DNA from: the human T2T-CHM13v2.0 reference genome, Homo sapiens
Assembly: GCF_009914755.1 (NCBI RefSeq)
Contig: NC_060926.1
Strand: one strand, 5' to 3'
Length of the DNA stretch: 64,000 nucleotides
Shown here: positions 44,193 to 58,597 of the stretch, in pieces
Layout of the letters: the number at the start of each line of letters is the position of its first letter
How positions within the stretch are numbered: position 1 is the first letter of the stretch
Notes under the pieces: generated by a model
What the model was told of the DNA's origin: nothing
Databases searched by the model: none
What the model saw: only the letters and a program-made list of their open reading frames with translations
Translations under genes and position numbers: made by a program

Positions 44193-44849
44193 TCTTCTAT
44201 TCTTACTAATTTAAGGAACTCAGTTCAGAAATTCCCCCTTTTATCTTCTTATCTTCATTTCTTTTAGCTCATGAATTACACCTAGCAGCATATAAACATT
44301 CTATAATATTTTCCATTAAGGAAAATATCTTCTTGAGAATCCAACACTTTAGCCATCAGCCCATGACTCTTCACTTTTCAGCACAATGTTTTCAAAATTA
44401 TTCCCTATCCTGTCTTCTTTATTTTCTCATTTTTCTTTCTCAGACCTATTCTAATTGTATTTGAATAAAAACTCATCAAAAACATTTGAAAAACATTCTG
44501 GAAATATATAACTAATTAGCTGAAATGTTTATTCACTTTACCAAACAATTCTCTGTATCCTAAGAAATTATATATGATTTTATATCTACAGATATATCAA
44601 TAGATACATAGATGTGATAAAAATATAAGCACTGTGAAAAATTTTGTACTATTGTGATGACACAGATGTATGCAGATTGGGTGAATTTTCAATTGCAAAA
44701 CTTGAAGCAAAAATATAGAAATTAAATTTATTTTTAACAAAAATATTTAACATTTTAGCCAAGGTTCTATTTATCCTGGGAGTAGAAAAATTAATGCCAT
44801 AAATCCAAGGAAAATGCAGCCACTTTCATGTATTTTTCAAATTTCATGA

Positions 44850-46030
44850 AAAAAGTAGCCATGATGGTAAGAATGAAGATTATGCATGGGCTCAGAAACA
44901 TGAAATTCCACACATCAAAGCCAACCTGCCTACAGCACTGCTGAGTGCCCAATCTGTCAGCAGCAGAGATCAACACTGACCCCCTGATATGGCACCATTC
45001 CAGCTACCTAGTGGCAGGTCAATTAAACTGGGCTATTTCCAACATGGAAGGGGAAGTGTTTTGCCTTTAGTAGAATAGATACTAACCCTGGAGAAGAATT
45101 TGCCTTCCTTGCATGCAATACCTCTTCCAAAACAACCACCCATGGACCTACAGAATTGAGTAAGCCTATCCGCAATCATTTTATTCCATGTAGCATTGCT
45201 TCTGGTCAAGGAATTCAATTTAGCCAAAGAAGTGTGGCAGTGGGTACATGTTCATGGAATTCACTAGTCCTACCATGTTTCCTGCAACCCTAAAGCTTCT
45301 GGCTTGCTAGGACAGTGGAAAGGCCTTTAGAAGATTCAGTTACAGCACAAGCTAGGTGGCAGTACCTTGCAGGGTTAGGGCAAGGTCCCCCAGAGGTGTC
45401 TATATACTCCAAATTAACATTCAGTATTTGGCACTGTTCCTCTAATAGGCAGAATTTATGGGCCCAGGAATCATGGGGTGAAATTGGACACACTAGCAAA
45501 TTTTTTACTTGCTGTTCTTGTGCCCTTATGCTCTAGGGGCCTGTAGGTCTTACTTTCAGAAGGAGGGATAGTTCTACCAGGAGACACACAGTGATTTCAT
45601 TGACCTGGAAAGTAAGACTTCCAGCAGGCCACTTTGGGCTCCTCATACCTCTGAATCAATAGGCAAAGAAGGAATTACAATGCTGTTTGGGATAATTGAT
45701 CCTGATGAACAAAGGGAAATTGGACTACTACTGTAACATAGATGTAAGGAAAAATATGTCTTAAATATAGGAGATTCCTTAGAGTGTCTCTCAGTGTTAC
45801 CGTGCCCTGCAATTAAGGTCAATGGAAAACTACAACAACTCAATTCAGGCAGGACAACTAACGGCCCAGCCCCTTCTGGAATGAAGATTTGGGTCACCAT
45901 ACCAGGTGAAGAAGCAAGACCAGCTAAGGTGCTTGCTGAAGACAAAGGGAATACAGAATGAGTAGCAGAAAGAGGCAGATATAAATACCAGCAATTAACA
46001 TGTGACCAGATACATCAGTGAGGACTGTAA
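44850..46030 (+). mobile_element. ERVL internal fragment: decayed integrase and dUTPase
   Basis: AECPICQQQR (44940), WKVRLPAGHFGLL (45606), GIIDPDEQREIG (45689); many stops and frameshifts. Confidence 0.92.
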
Positions 46031-46759
46031 TGTCATACTTTTTTTTTAAATTTTGTTGTGCATATGTCTGTGTGTATTTCGGTTATATATCTATTCATAT
46101 GTCCACATTGAAGTCAAAAATTATAGCTATGGCTATAATTTCCTGACATCATTATTGCCAAATATAACTTTAATTCCTATTTAACTTTAATTCGATTTAA
46201 ATTCCTCAAAGCAAAGCCTTCAGAATATTTTTGTTACAACTAAAATTAAAAGTCATTGTGAGCTATTGAGCACACCAATTATCTTTACCAAATTTTAATT
46301 GATAGTAAATAAGAACTTCAAGTAAACGAATTAACTTCTTTATTTTAAGGAATAGCAGTTTAAGAATGCCTAATGAGTTCCAATCACCACTGATATTGTA
46401 ATAAATGTGCAAACAGTTTTATCATTAAATAATTTCATCAGAATATAGGTAATAGATTCATTATACTCACTATATTTATCTTTTTAGTAAGGTTTTCTCA
46501 GTCATCTAATTCAACTGATTCTGTTAATGACTGCCCCAATATAGCTTCTCCCAACTTCCTTTGAAAACAAAACAAACAAATATAAAATGCCTCATCCCTC
46601 AAACTTTCCAAGATTATTAGCAGTGGATTTCTGGTCAGTACAGTATTGCGAGTTAATATTTTGAAATTCTCAGAACCAAATAGAGAATAATGATATGTTA
46701 AATATTAAACTAAAATGAAATAAATATATCTACATTCAATAACAAAATATACATGTGAA

Positions 46760-49400
46760 AGAACAGAATATGGATTATAAACAAAAGGGTTCCTAGAACT
46801 GAAGCTGATTGACGGCTGCCTTTTATTCTGTAAATATAAATGAGAAGTAGCTGCTGAAAAGAAAAACAACAACAAAAATTGTTGATTCAAGATAAGGAAC
46901 AACATCAGCTTCATTGCTTAAAATTTGAAGCTGTATATTCATCTTAAAAGAAGCTGAAAAACACAGCACGTGTTTTTGGATTATATAAAGGGGCTTAGAA
47001 AGAGAAGTTGGAGTGAACATATGCAAACATGCCGCCAAGAAAGACAAGGCACCTACTGAAAGGACAATCCAGCAACTGAATTTAGACTATTCCAAATATC
47101 ATTATACTATGGGATCTCTGACCCACAAATATAAGACTTAGTTGTGTATCGCAAGTTCAGGAGGAGGCAACAGACAATGCCATTTGCATGGATGAGAATA
47201 CTCAAAATCACGTCACATGCGGCATATCATAAATAACCACATCAACTTTTTCCAAATTTATATATAAATTTCAAGCAGCTTCAATAAAGACATGTAAAAT
47301 ATTAAGCTGATCACAATTATATAAAGAAGAGTACAGAAGTAGAAATAACCAAGATTATATTTTAAGAAGAAATATGAGAAAAATTGACCTTTACTTAACA
47401 GTTACTAAGACTTATTGAAGTTATAGACAGACATATTGAAGTTATAAAAAAAATACTGTGGAGTTGGCAGAGTGAAAAGCTAACAGACCAATACTAAAAA
47501 ATAGAGAACAAAATAAACTGACCCAAACATTTAAGGACAATTGTGACAGAGAAGGAAAGGGCATGACAAATCAGTGGGGATTAATTCAAGTATTCAATAA
47601 ATTGTATACAATAATATGATCTCCATATAAAAATGAAAATTATGCTGCCACCTCATAGCATACAAAAAATCCAGATAGATTATAAAACTATTGGTAAAAT
47701 GAAAATTTTGAAACTTTTGTAAGTATTCATAGTAGTATGTTTTCATGTCATCTAGAAATTGAAGCATTTCTCAACGACACAAAAATACAAGCCATTAAGA
47801 AAGAAAACTTGATCAGACTAAAATTTAAAACGTATTATTAGTATGGCAAAATACTCTATAAGGTAAGGTTAAAAAAATGCCACACTGGGGAAAATATATT
47901 TTCAATGTATATAACCAACAAAATTGAATACTCAGAATTTACAGAAATTTATTTCATTTAAAAAAGATTCAACAGCCTAAATGGAGAAACGTACAAAGGA
48001 TATAAACAGACAACTAACAGAGGAGGAGACTAAAATAGTCAACGTGTATGCGAAAAGTACTTTTCACTAGGAATCAAAAAAGCATAAAACAAGTAAATTC
48101 ATGTCTATGAGATTAGCAAAATTGCAAAGATTTACATTGTCACTTTCTATTAAGGATTTGGAAAGGTGGAGCTCTGTTACTGTAGAATAGGATATAAAGA
48201 CCAATTCACTTTTGATAACAATTTGGCAATATATTTTAAATTTTAAGATCGAAATATCTAACTGCCTACTGAGAGAGGCAGGAGACCACCAAATGCCTAG
48301 GCAGATAGGGGCAGGTCCCCAGTAAAACTCCACCTTCAAGCTGAAGACAGTTTAAAGCATGAAATGCAAGCTACAAGTTAGATCCTCAGAATGGATTGAG
48401 AACTTGTCTTCCTGTTTGACATGCTTTCCTCTGATTGATCCCCACCCTTCACCTATTTTACATATACCTACCCTTTCCTCATTGGTTTTCTACATTGTTG
48501 TGCCTACCTTTGAGTGGTGTCTTCACTTTAACCTTTTTTTGCATACTCACAAACCAATCAGCACACTTATGAATCCATAAGAGGCCCCAGAACCAGCCAC
48601 CTGGGAGACTGTCCCACCTTTGGATAGGGGAACCACCTCCCATGTCCCCTCTTTGCTGAGAGCTTGCCTTTCGCTTAATAAATTTTACTGTACTCCCTCT
48701 ACGGTGTCTGCGCACCTAATGCTTCCTGGTGAGACAAGAACTTAGACCAACCTGACCTAAGGAGCAGAAAGACCGTAACACTATCCATTGTTTCCTTTAT
48801 GAATCTTTCTTGGATAAATGTTTACATATACACAAAAATATACATGCACAAGAAAAATCATGGAATATGCTTATGATATTGAAATACCAATTTATGTTTA
48901 CCACTAAAAGAACTCCAGCAAATTTTTCAAAGTATCTTCACAATTATTTATGATATTGAAAACTGGGAAACAACATAGTACCTACCAGGTGAAGAAAACA
49001 TAAATAAAATATAGAATATTCATTTATTGAATCAATACAGCACTTACAACTTATAAACTGTATTTCTCTACAGATCTAATTCTAAAACATCATATTTCTT
49101 GAATAAAAAAGTCAAAAAGCATGAATAGTATGATAGATTTATGTAAATGTTAAAAAGCATAATACTATGTTAAAGAATAATTACATTAGTACAGATATAT
49201 AGATGCTTAAAATATACAGAAATGGATTTCCTTTAGAGAGAGAGGAATGAATAAATATTAATTCAAACAATGTTACAAGTGGGGGTACAAAGTATGTTTC
49301 AAAGACAGCTGTATTTGTGTCATCTCATTTTATTAGCTGATGGAAAATGCAAAAAAATATGGCAGAAGACTTAGTGGAACATGTTGTTCATTATATTAGT
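46760..49400 (+). mobile_element. Highly diverged L1ME-like ORF2/3' fragments, interrupted by an LTR
   Basis: attcaataaattgtatacaataa; aaaggatataaacagacaactaacagagg; tttgataacaatttggcaatatat. Confidence 0.6.
48270..48780 (+). mobile_element. ERV1-class solo LTR (MER66/LTR27-29-like; family tentative)
   Basis: TG...CA ends, caaaccaatcagcac CCAAT box, aataaa, 4-bp TSD ctac/ctat. Confidence 0.85.
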
Positions 49401-49409
49401 TTCATTTTT

Positions 49410-49765
49410 TATTATTTAATTTAATTTAATTTATATTTATTTATTTATTTATTTATTTATTTATTATTGTTATTTTTTTGAGACGGAGTCTGGCTCTGTT
49501 GCCCAGGCTGGATTGCAGTGGTGCGATCTCGGCTCACTGCAAGCTCCGCCTCCTGGGTTCACGCTATTCTCCTGCCTCAGCCTCCAAGTCGCTGGGACTG
49601 CAGGCACCCACACCACGCCCGGCTAATTTTTTTTTTTTTGTATTCTTAGTAGAGACAGGGTTTCACCGTGTTAGCCAGCATGGTCTCGATCTCCTGACCT
49701 CGTGATCCACCCGCCTCGGCCTCCCAAAGTGCTGGGATTACAGGCGTGAGCCACGGCGCCCAGCC
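49410..49765 (-). mobile_element. AluY inserted in the tail of the adjacent Alu
   Basis: ctgcaagctccgcc, ttcacgctattctcc, gtgttagccagcatggtctcgatctcc. Confidence 0.95.
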
Positions 49766-49766
49766 C

Positions 49767-50067
<301 letters not shown>

Positions 50068-50240
50068 ACTTTTTTGTTATTTTAAATGAATAACATTTAC
50101 AGAATTTTGCTAGCCAATATTTTTTAGAAGTTCACAGATTAAATTAGAATACGCTATTATGGAGATAGAACTTCAAGGAATGGTGTGGGGACAGTGGAGA
50201 AACAGAATAAATTCAGTAAGGCTTCAGTGAAAGTGAGATT

Positions 50241-50255
50241 TTATTATTATTATTA

Positions 50256-50298
<43 letters not shown>
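50241..50298. repeat. (TTA)n trinucleotide repeat
   Basis: Direct reading, one interruption. Confidence 0.98.
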
Positions 50299-50300
<2 letters not shown>

Positions 50301-50656
50301 CCCACTGTTTTCTTCCCTGAATCCGGGAAACAATCTCTGCCGATCAGATAAAAAGACAGCTAATTCTATCTGCTGTACTTCTACTAGTCTGATATCTTTC
50401 TGCTCATATAGTATTTTTCATATTTGATAAGGGGATAATATTTTAAGAGAATAAGTCAATATAAAATAAGTGGCATGGAGAATAACTGGCACTGATGTAA
50501 GCAATATTTAACAACTTCAGTCATTTTTATATCATCTTAACTATATAGTGTACCTGCACACCACTGTGTTACTATTACTTATTTAAATCCACTTGTTTCT
50601 CAATATTTTAAAAAAAATACTGAGAATTATATCTCATTTCATTTAAAGAAATTCCC

Positions 50657-50953
50657 AGCTGGGCTCGGTGGCTCATGCTTGTAATCCCAGCACTTTGGGA
50701 GACCGAGGCGGGTAGATCATTTGAGGTCGGGAGTTGGAGGCCTGCCTAACCAACATGGTGAAACCCTGTCTCTACTAAAAATACAAAAAAATTAGCAGGA
50801 TATGGTGGTGCATGCCTGTAATCTCAGCTACTTGGGAAGCTGAGGCAGGAGAATCCCTTCAACCCAGGAAGCGGAGGTTGCAGTGAGCCAAGATAGTGCC
50901 ACTGCACTCCAACCTAGGTGACAGAGTGAGACTGTCTTAAAAAAAAAACAAAA
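50657..50953 (+). mobile_element. AluS (Sx/Sz-like)
   Basis: Full-length sense Alu with A-tail. Confidence 0.96.
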
Positions 50954-52494
50954 CACCCATATCACTTGCCAAATTAAATGTAAAATAATGCAATTTAAAA
51001 TAGATCAAATCATATAATTAAATTAAAAACATATTAAAATGAGATAGATTACAAAACAAAAGTCTTGACCTAGTTTGCAAAGATATGTATCTATAAATAA
51101 TTTAAAAGAAAAGCATGAGGCTGAAAACAGTCAAAGCATTTGATAATTGATTGATGTGACCTAGTTAAAAATTAGAAATTATAACACAAGAATTTTAATT
51201 CTGTCCTACAGTTATGATGCTCTATATCTTGAGATTTTCTACTCATAGATATCTAGTCACAAATGGTCAAAATTGTTTAACTGTGATTTCTCCTAGGATA
51301 GGTTATTATGCATAAATTTCTTAATAAAATAGAAATTGTGTGTAACCAACTCACCTCAAAAATTCATCAGAACAAGCTTCAGATTCCATCTGTCATCTGA
51401 TTAGTTCTTATCAGGTAATGCTCACAGAATAACAGCAAAGTTCCTCATCCACACACCAACACTAATTCGTTTGGGAAAATAAGGCTTTTAAATGGCTTAC
51501 CAAAGCCATTTAAAAATCTCTTCCTGAAGTTCAATATATTTTTAGTGAGTTCTTAGATGAAACTATAATCCAGTTACAAAAGTCTACACGTATTTCACCA
51601 ATTTTTTTAATCATCAAGTTAAATTTTCTGATATAAATGTGTCTCTAAAGATAAGTGAAATAACAAAGTCTGCTAACATGCAAAGCTAAACAAAGGATGC
51701 ATATACTATCTCTGAAACAAAAGTCTTGTTCAGAAGACCTTAGATTCTTTGAATAATGTAGGCAGAATATGTTAGTGTAGAAAAGGCCAACAAACAAGCA
51801 TCACTGTAAAAGGAGTTGTTTGTGGTCTAACAGAAAGAGAGATAAAGAGACAGAGGGGCATAGGGAGAAAGAGAGAGAATAAAAATTGAATGGTCTGTTA
51901 TTAATATGATTTACACATTTCTTCATGTAGTGTATGTGGGGAAGTGGGCTTTCATGTGTGTATATTTGAGTCCATTCTGCACCCAAAGCCGCAAAATCGA
52001 AGTAACTTCATAACTTGGATTTGAGGAACAATACTCACATTAGACTCACTATACCTTTAGCATGCTGTGTGCATTTTCTAAAACCTAGTTTCTAGGCTGA
52101 GTTTCATTTGTTTACAAATAAGTAAGTTGGCAATCAGTTTGAAAATGATCTTTTTCAGTTATAGGTATGGGACAAATTTACAGACTTTTTTATTTAGAAA
52201 TTGGAAATTCTTACGCAGCTACTATCTGATAAATGCCAAAGAGTTGGCTGAATTTATTTATTTGTCTTATCAACAGTTGTCAGTGAAGAGTATTAGCTTT
52301 GTTACTAGGTGTAATCATTGATAAGATTCCAGTCATGTCTATAATTCTGTAACATATCATATTGTTTAACTTACATCAAACATTGTGCATATTTTGCTGC
52401 TGATTATATGTTTACCATTAAAGTAACCCCAGCAAATTTTAAAAAGAATCTTCACAATTACTTCTGTGGTTTCAATGTTTTTTGCTTTTGGCCA

Positions 52495-53580
52495 TTTTAA
52501 AATTTTTATAGATTCAGGGGATATATATGCAAGTGTGTTATGAGGATATATTGCATAATAGTGAGGTTTAGGCTTTGAGTGTACCCATTACACAAATTGT
52601 AAACATTGTACTCAATAGGTAATTTTTATGTTAGTCCTTTATAGGATGCATAGTTGGCAAATATTTTCTCCCATTCTGTAGGTTGTCTATTTACTTTGTT
52701 ATTTCTTTAACTGTGCAGAAGATTTTATTGTAATTAAATCCCATTTGTTTATTTTTGCTTTTGTTGCATTTGCTTTTGAGATTTTAGTTATAAATTCTTT
52801 GTGTCGGCCAACGTCCAGAAAAGTTTTTCCTAGGTTTTCTTCTTGTATTTTTGTAGCTTCAGGTTTTATGTTTAAGTCTTTAATTCATCTTGAGTTAATT
52901 TTTGTATACAGTGAAAGGTATGAGTCCAGTTTCATTATTCTGCATATGACTATCCAATTTTCCCAGTGCCATTTATTGCATAAGGTATGTTTTCCTCATT
53001 GTGTTTTTATCAACTTTGTTGAAGACCAGTTGCTTATAGATAGGTGGCTTTATTTCAGGTTCTCTATTCTATTCCACTGATCTATGTGTCTATTTTTGAA
53101 CCAGTATCATGCTATTTTGGTTACATCAGCCTTTTAGTATACTTTGAAGTCATGTAATGTGATGCCTCTGGCTTTGTTCTTTTGCTTAGGATTGCTTTGG
53201 TTATTTGCACTTTTGTTTTAGTCCATATAAATTTTAGTTTTATTTTTGTTAATTCTGTGAAAAATGACAATTGATAATTTAATAAGAATTGTGTTGAATC
53301 TGTATATTACTTTGGGCAGTATGGCCATTTTAATGACATTGATCCTTCCAATCCATGAGCATGGGGTGTTTTTTTCATTTGTGTCATCTACGATTTATTT
53401 TATCAGTGTTTTCTAGTTCTCCTTGTAGAGATTTTTCATCTCCTTGATTAAAGGTATTCCTAGGTATTCAATTTTTTTTGTGGCTATTGTGAATGCGATT
53501 GAATTCTTGGTTTGGTTCTCAGATTGCACGTTATTGGTATATAGAAATGCTACTGATATTTGTACATTGATTTTATATCC
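52495..53580 (-). mobile_element. L1PB-like with internal deletion at ~52629
   Basis: 3' UTR end (tagattcaggggatatatatgcaagt) joined directly to antisense ORF2 (gcaaatattttctcccattctgtagg). Confidence 0.92.
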
Positions 53581-54383
53581 CTATCAAATACAGGAGTATA
53601 AATGATACTGGTTTCCTATTATCATTCTAATTCTCACTGCATATTTATTTTTATGATTATTGAACGTTTATTATTTCTAAAACATAGGTTTTGCAAAATA
53701 GTTCTTTGCTTTATTTTTTGGCTTTAAAATTATACCACAAATGGAAAGATTTATTATCAGAATTTATGGATGATTCTTTATAGATTAGTGAAAATAAAAT
53801 AGACCTAGTCTCTTTGCCAGCCCCCCAAAGATCAAATGTATAATGTTAGTGTAAATTTTTATGCAGTTATTTGCTGAGTACCAGAATACTTCTAAATTAT
53901 TCACTAAATTGGTATTCATATATATACACAAAGATTATAGGAGTATTTTATTATAATTACCATGAGTATTTAAATTCAATACCTTTGTAATTTTAAAATT
54001 CTATTTTTAAGCACAGCCTAACAACACTTCAAAAACCATCATCATCACTATGACAGCAACAAAACAAAGTCCCAATTACTTTTATTTACTATACATGCTT
54101 TTACAAACTTGATTATTTAAATAACTATTCTTTCTAAAATTGGTCTTTAGACATTACTAAAAAGAATGCAGAAGGTGTATAGAAATTTAGTTGTCAAAAA
54201 TATATATCTATGATCCATATCATCTATGTCATTCATACTTCCAGATATCTATAGAAGATATGGCAACATATTATCCCCAAGTAAAGCATTGAGTTAATGA
54301 TAATTAATCACATTCATTTTACTTTTGTAGATTTGGACCAATTTAGAGATACAATACATATTTTAATTTGATTTTTACTTTTC

Positions 54384-54434
<51 letters not shown>

Positions 54435-54490
54435 CCTACCTACCTACCTATCTACCTCCCTGCCTCCCTACCTACATACCTACCTACCTA
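54384..54490. repeat. (CTAT)n(CTAC)n compound STR
   Basis: Direct reading. Confidence 0.97.
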
Positions 54491-54569
54491 TACATCTCCA
54501 CACACATACATGACTGGAAGGGTAGTTCGTTCCAATGTTCTCATATTTCAGATAAAGGGATTCCACTAA

Positions 54570-54705
54570 AGCTGTGGTCCTTGTCATTCGTTGCACATTG
54601 AAACAACCTGGAGAGCTTAAAAATCTGTTTCCTCCAGAGATTCTGATTTGTCTCGTCAGGTCTCCAGGCGACTCTATTATGATTCCTAGATAGAGAACCA
54701 CTGCA
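54570..54705. mobile_element. MER5-like hAT element
   Basis: tgcacattgaaacaacctggagagcttaaaaa...ccagagattctgattt...gagaaccactg. Confidence 0.7.
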
Positions 54706-55539
54706 CTAGAGCAACCCTCCAAGCTTCTTATGCAACTATTTCACTCTCTTTTAATGAAAAAAATAGCCGTAGAAGACTCTTTTCTCTTATTCCCTTTCTA
54801 GATGTTACTGTCCTTGCTTAAATATGCCCAATAATGGTAAATGGTAAAGGTAAGTTATAAAGTCCTGTATAATAATACAAAACTAGAAAGGTGTTAAAGG
54901 GAAGTGGCTGATAGCTAAAGATACATGCAGTGTCATTTCCACTTCCCTAAACAAAACCATTTTTTTTGACAGAAATATAGACCATGACCAGACAGCCAAA
55001 CAACATGGGATTGGGTAATTTTTGAGGTGCAGAAAGAGAGACAGAGAGAGATAAATGTTATGAATGAGATATTAAGAGAGTAAAGGAAAAGCTTCTGTAC
55101 CAGGAAATATATTTACACTGCAATAAATATGTAGTCTGTAATACAGGAACCTGTGGCTCTTTTGTGAGGACTTTGGCACTGAAATAGTAATTCAAGCTTT
55201 AAAAGAGCCATGAAATACTAAATAACTTCAATTTTGTGCCTGTATTTTATGAGATCATCAAACACTTCAAGTAAATTACATCTTTAAAATCAATTTCTCT
55301 CTTCAGCCGATTATCTATTATCCTGTATGATTGAAGCTTGCATCTCTTAACTGGTGTATTATCCAAAACAAAGTCAAACCCAAAGTTCTTATTTAATGAC
55401 AGCACTTCAGCACTTTGAAGAAATAGAAAATAAAAATGCTAATCTATATACAGCACTTTGTGCTGTAGTGCTGGGCTTTTTATATTTATGTGGAGAGAGT
55501 AATTGGAAATGAAAGAAAATAGTGAGCTCGAAGTATAGG

Positions 55540-55680
55540 AAATGGCCTAGGTACAGAAATTGGGGACTTCCTCTGCCATGTACTAGCTACCTTATATGGA
55601 CAAGTCAATTAACCTCCTTGAACTGATTTCTTCTCAGTTACAAAATGGGAATAAGATATAATATCTATGAAAGTATTTAA
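55540..55680 (+). mobile_element. MIR
   Basis: ctctgccatgtactagct...ggacaagtcaattaacctccttgaactgatttcttctcagttacaaaatggg. Confidence 0.75.
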
Positions 55681-56284
55681 ATACAGATAGATACAGACAA
55701 GCAATTATTATGTTACTATATTTTTTTCATTATATGTAAATAGAATGGACTAGCTTCAAGAACCAGGATAAGAAAGATAGCAAAACTTACTAATATATGA
55801 TATTCATATGAAGGTATTTAATAAAGTATAAGGTAGAATGCTATGAATACGAATGTTAGCTGTAGAAAGAATTAGAAGTGTCAAGAAAATTGGAGGATTA
55901 CAGTGAAGTAAGAATATTCTGTGGTTAGGATTTGATAGTCATGAGCTATTCAAAGGGACATATAAAGTCTAGAATGGGCATGGTATAACTGGAGGGAGTG
56001 TTAACAGGTGCTAAGCAGTGTAATTCATGTTTCCTGAGTGATAGACAGTGCCCTGCAGACAAAGGTAGATGTTGAAAGTTTTAGGAAAAATAACATTAGC
56101 TGTGATAAAATGGACTTTTTGAAAAAAGCCTATTAAGAATGGTCTCTTAGGAATCTGTGGCATTTTTCTTTACAGGCCCTAGGGATTAAAGAAATTTTTT
56201 TCTACTGAACTCCATGGCTAATTTTCTTAAACAACAGGCCTAATTATGCCACTGCCATGCTCAATTAACATCTGTAACTCGTTG

Positions 56285-57125
56285 TATGCCAAATTAATTA
56301 TAAATTTATTAACCTGGCACTTAAGCCCCTCCACAGATCCTCAATCTATTTTTGCCAGTAATGCTACTCTGTCACTCATTCCCAAATGAACCTTATGATC
56401 AAATCAAATTTAACTGTGACTGTTTCTCAGAAAACCTCATGTTTTGTTGCTTCCAGGCTTTTGCTCAATTTGTTTCACTGTTCTTATGTCTTTTCCACCA
56501 GTAGATGTAATAATGACAATTACTATCATAGCAATATTAATAATAGCTAACTTTGAACTATATACCAGGGACAGTGCTACATGCTTTATAAATATTTTCT
56601 CATTTAAACTTAAGAGCATCACTGCGTTAACATGCTATTATCGCTATCATATATACTGTATTTGAAGCCTTACAAAGGTTTTATTGCTTGCTCAATTTCA
56701 TTACAACAATGATGGAATAATAATTCAATCTAAGAATGCAGAGTTCAGAACAACTATATTTTACTCTCTCAATACAGATTTAAAGAGAGGGTAGAATTCA
56801 ACTTTTCTTTCATTTCAAATGCCTCCTTTCAGTATTGACTTCATGGTGTATTTTTTTTTTCAGGAAGTTAATTGTTCCTCTTTTGAAACATCAAATCCCA
56901 CAAAGCATTTTTATTGTTCTTCTTATACAAATACACTTTGTATTGTAAAAATGTGTTCATTTGCCTAAGTGTCAAGATAAATACTAGTAGCTTGAGCAAA
57001 AGGAGTGTTTCTGATTCACCTTCATGTCCTGTGAAGCACATAACCAAAAGTGTGTATATATATAGAGAGAGAGAGACAGACAGAGAGAGAGAGTAGGTAC
57101 TCAATAAATAATTGTTGAATTAAAA
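56285..57125 (+). mobile_element. L2 fragments with an antisense MIR (~56540-56760) between them
   Basis: aacctggcacttaagcccctccacagatc; L2 3' terminus gtaggtactcaataaataattgttgaatt; MIR tatataccagggacagtgctacatgcttta. Confidence 0.6.
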
Positions 57126-58148
57126 ATTTCAAATGATTCCCTAGTGGCAGAACTGTACTAAGTACATAATATTTTCTCAATATTTTTATAACCAAGATCT
57201 GCTAATTTATAATTTAACCTTTTTTGCGATTTATCAAGATAGACCCACGGATAGTTAAAGGACATGATTTCATATGTCCCTGAGCATTGTGGAAAGACTC
57301 ATGCAGAATAAGAATTTGTACCAATTTTTTTTCCATTTGATATCCTGATATTTTTGGAGAAAAACAATGAACTCTTCATAACAGAACCATAGGAAAACAC
57401 TCAACAACACTGGAAGCAATAATTATGAATCTAAAGGGGGATTCAAAACAGCAGGAAGCTAGATTGAACTGTAGTTATTTAATGCTGAGTACTCTTACCC
57501 AGATGTACTAGCCTAAAAAATGCTAGAGAATAGAATAGGGTTTAAAACTTTTTATGCTGTAATGTTCAATATGCTATGCTATCTAATAACTACTACTAAA
57601 GAATTTGTCTGGAAGACCAAAGATATGATATAACACAGAGATACAGATGAACTGGAAATACAATGCTAGGGTTGACTTTACTGCCGAGAGCTGATAGTAA
57701 AAAACAAAAACCACTCCTAGCATTCAATATTCCAGGGAATTTGCAATATAAGTTATAGGGCTCATACAGTGAAGCCACTAAGGACCTCGACTCTTGAAAC
57801 AGAAATTTGACACAATGACTTTCCTAGAACATTATGAAATATCCTATAAGAAACGGGACAAATTCACACAGGTTACTTTTGCACAGGAGTTCTTTGAAAA
57901 GGTAGCTATTTCTCTATGTCTGTGAGTACCCTTATAATGGAATGTATTCCTAAACAGAAATTCACATTATCCCTCTTTGCTTTTCATCTTCAGCAAAAAA
58001 ACAAAATAATAAGTTAATGACAATAGAAAACTTATACTGTAAAATCAGTGATTATTTCCAAATTAACACAGTGATGTTAAAGTTCAGAAAACAATGTTTG
58101 GAAAACTGAGCTACAGGAACAAAGACCATACATTTAAATATAGGTATT

Positions 58149-58597
58149 TGCTATAGTCCAGATACAACTGTCCCCACCAAAACTCATGTTGAAATTTAAT
58201 TCTCAGTGTGAAGGTGTTGAGAGGTGGGGCCTAATGGGTGGTGTTGGGTCATGTGGGCGAATCCCTCATGAGTGGCTTGGTGCCTTTCTTGTGGTAGTGT
58301 GTCCTCAATCTGGTGAGACTAGATTAGTTCTCACTGGAATGGGCTAGTTTCCTCCAAAACAGGTTGTGATAAAACCAGGGCTTCCCTCAGGTTTTCTCTC
58401 TTCTCACCTGTTTACTTCTCGTTTGACCTTCTCTACCATGTTTTAACACAGCATGTGGTCCTCAGCAGAAGCCAACCAGACACCAGTGCCTTGCTTCTTA
58501 TACTTCCCAGCCTGAAGAACTGTGAGCTAAATAAACCTCTTTTCTTATAAATTATCTAGTCTCCAGTTTTCTATTACAGCAACATGAAACTAAGACA
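58149..58597 (+). mobile_element. MSTB/MSTB2-like MaLR solo LTR
   Basis: tgctatagt...ccccaccaaaactcatgttgaaattt...gaactgtgagctaaataaacctcttt...ctaagaca; TSD gtatt/atatt. Confidence 0.9.
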
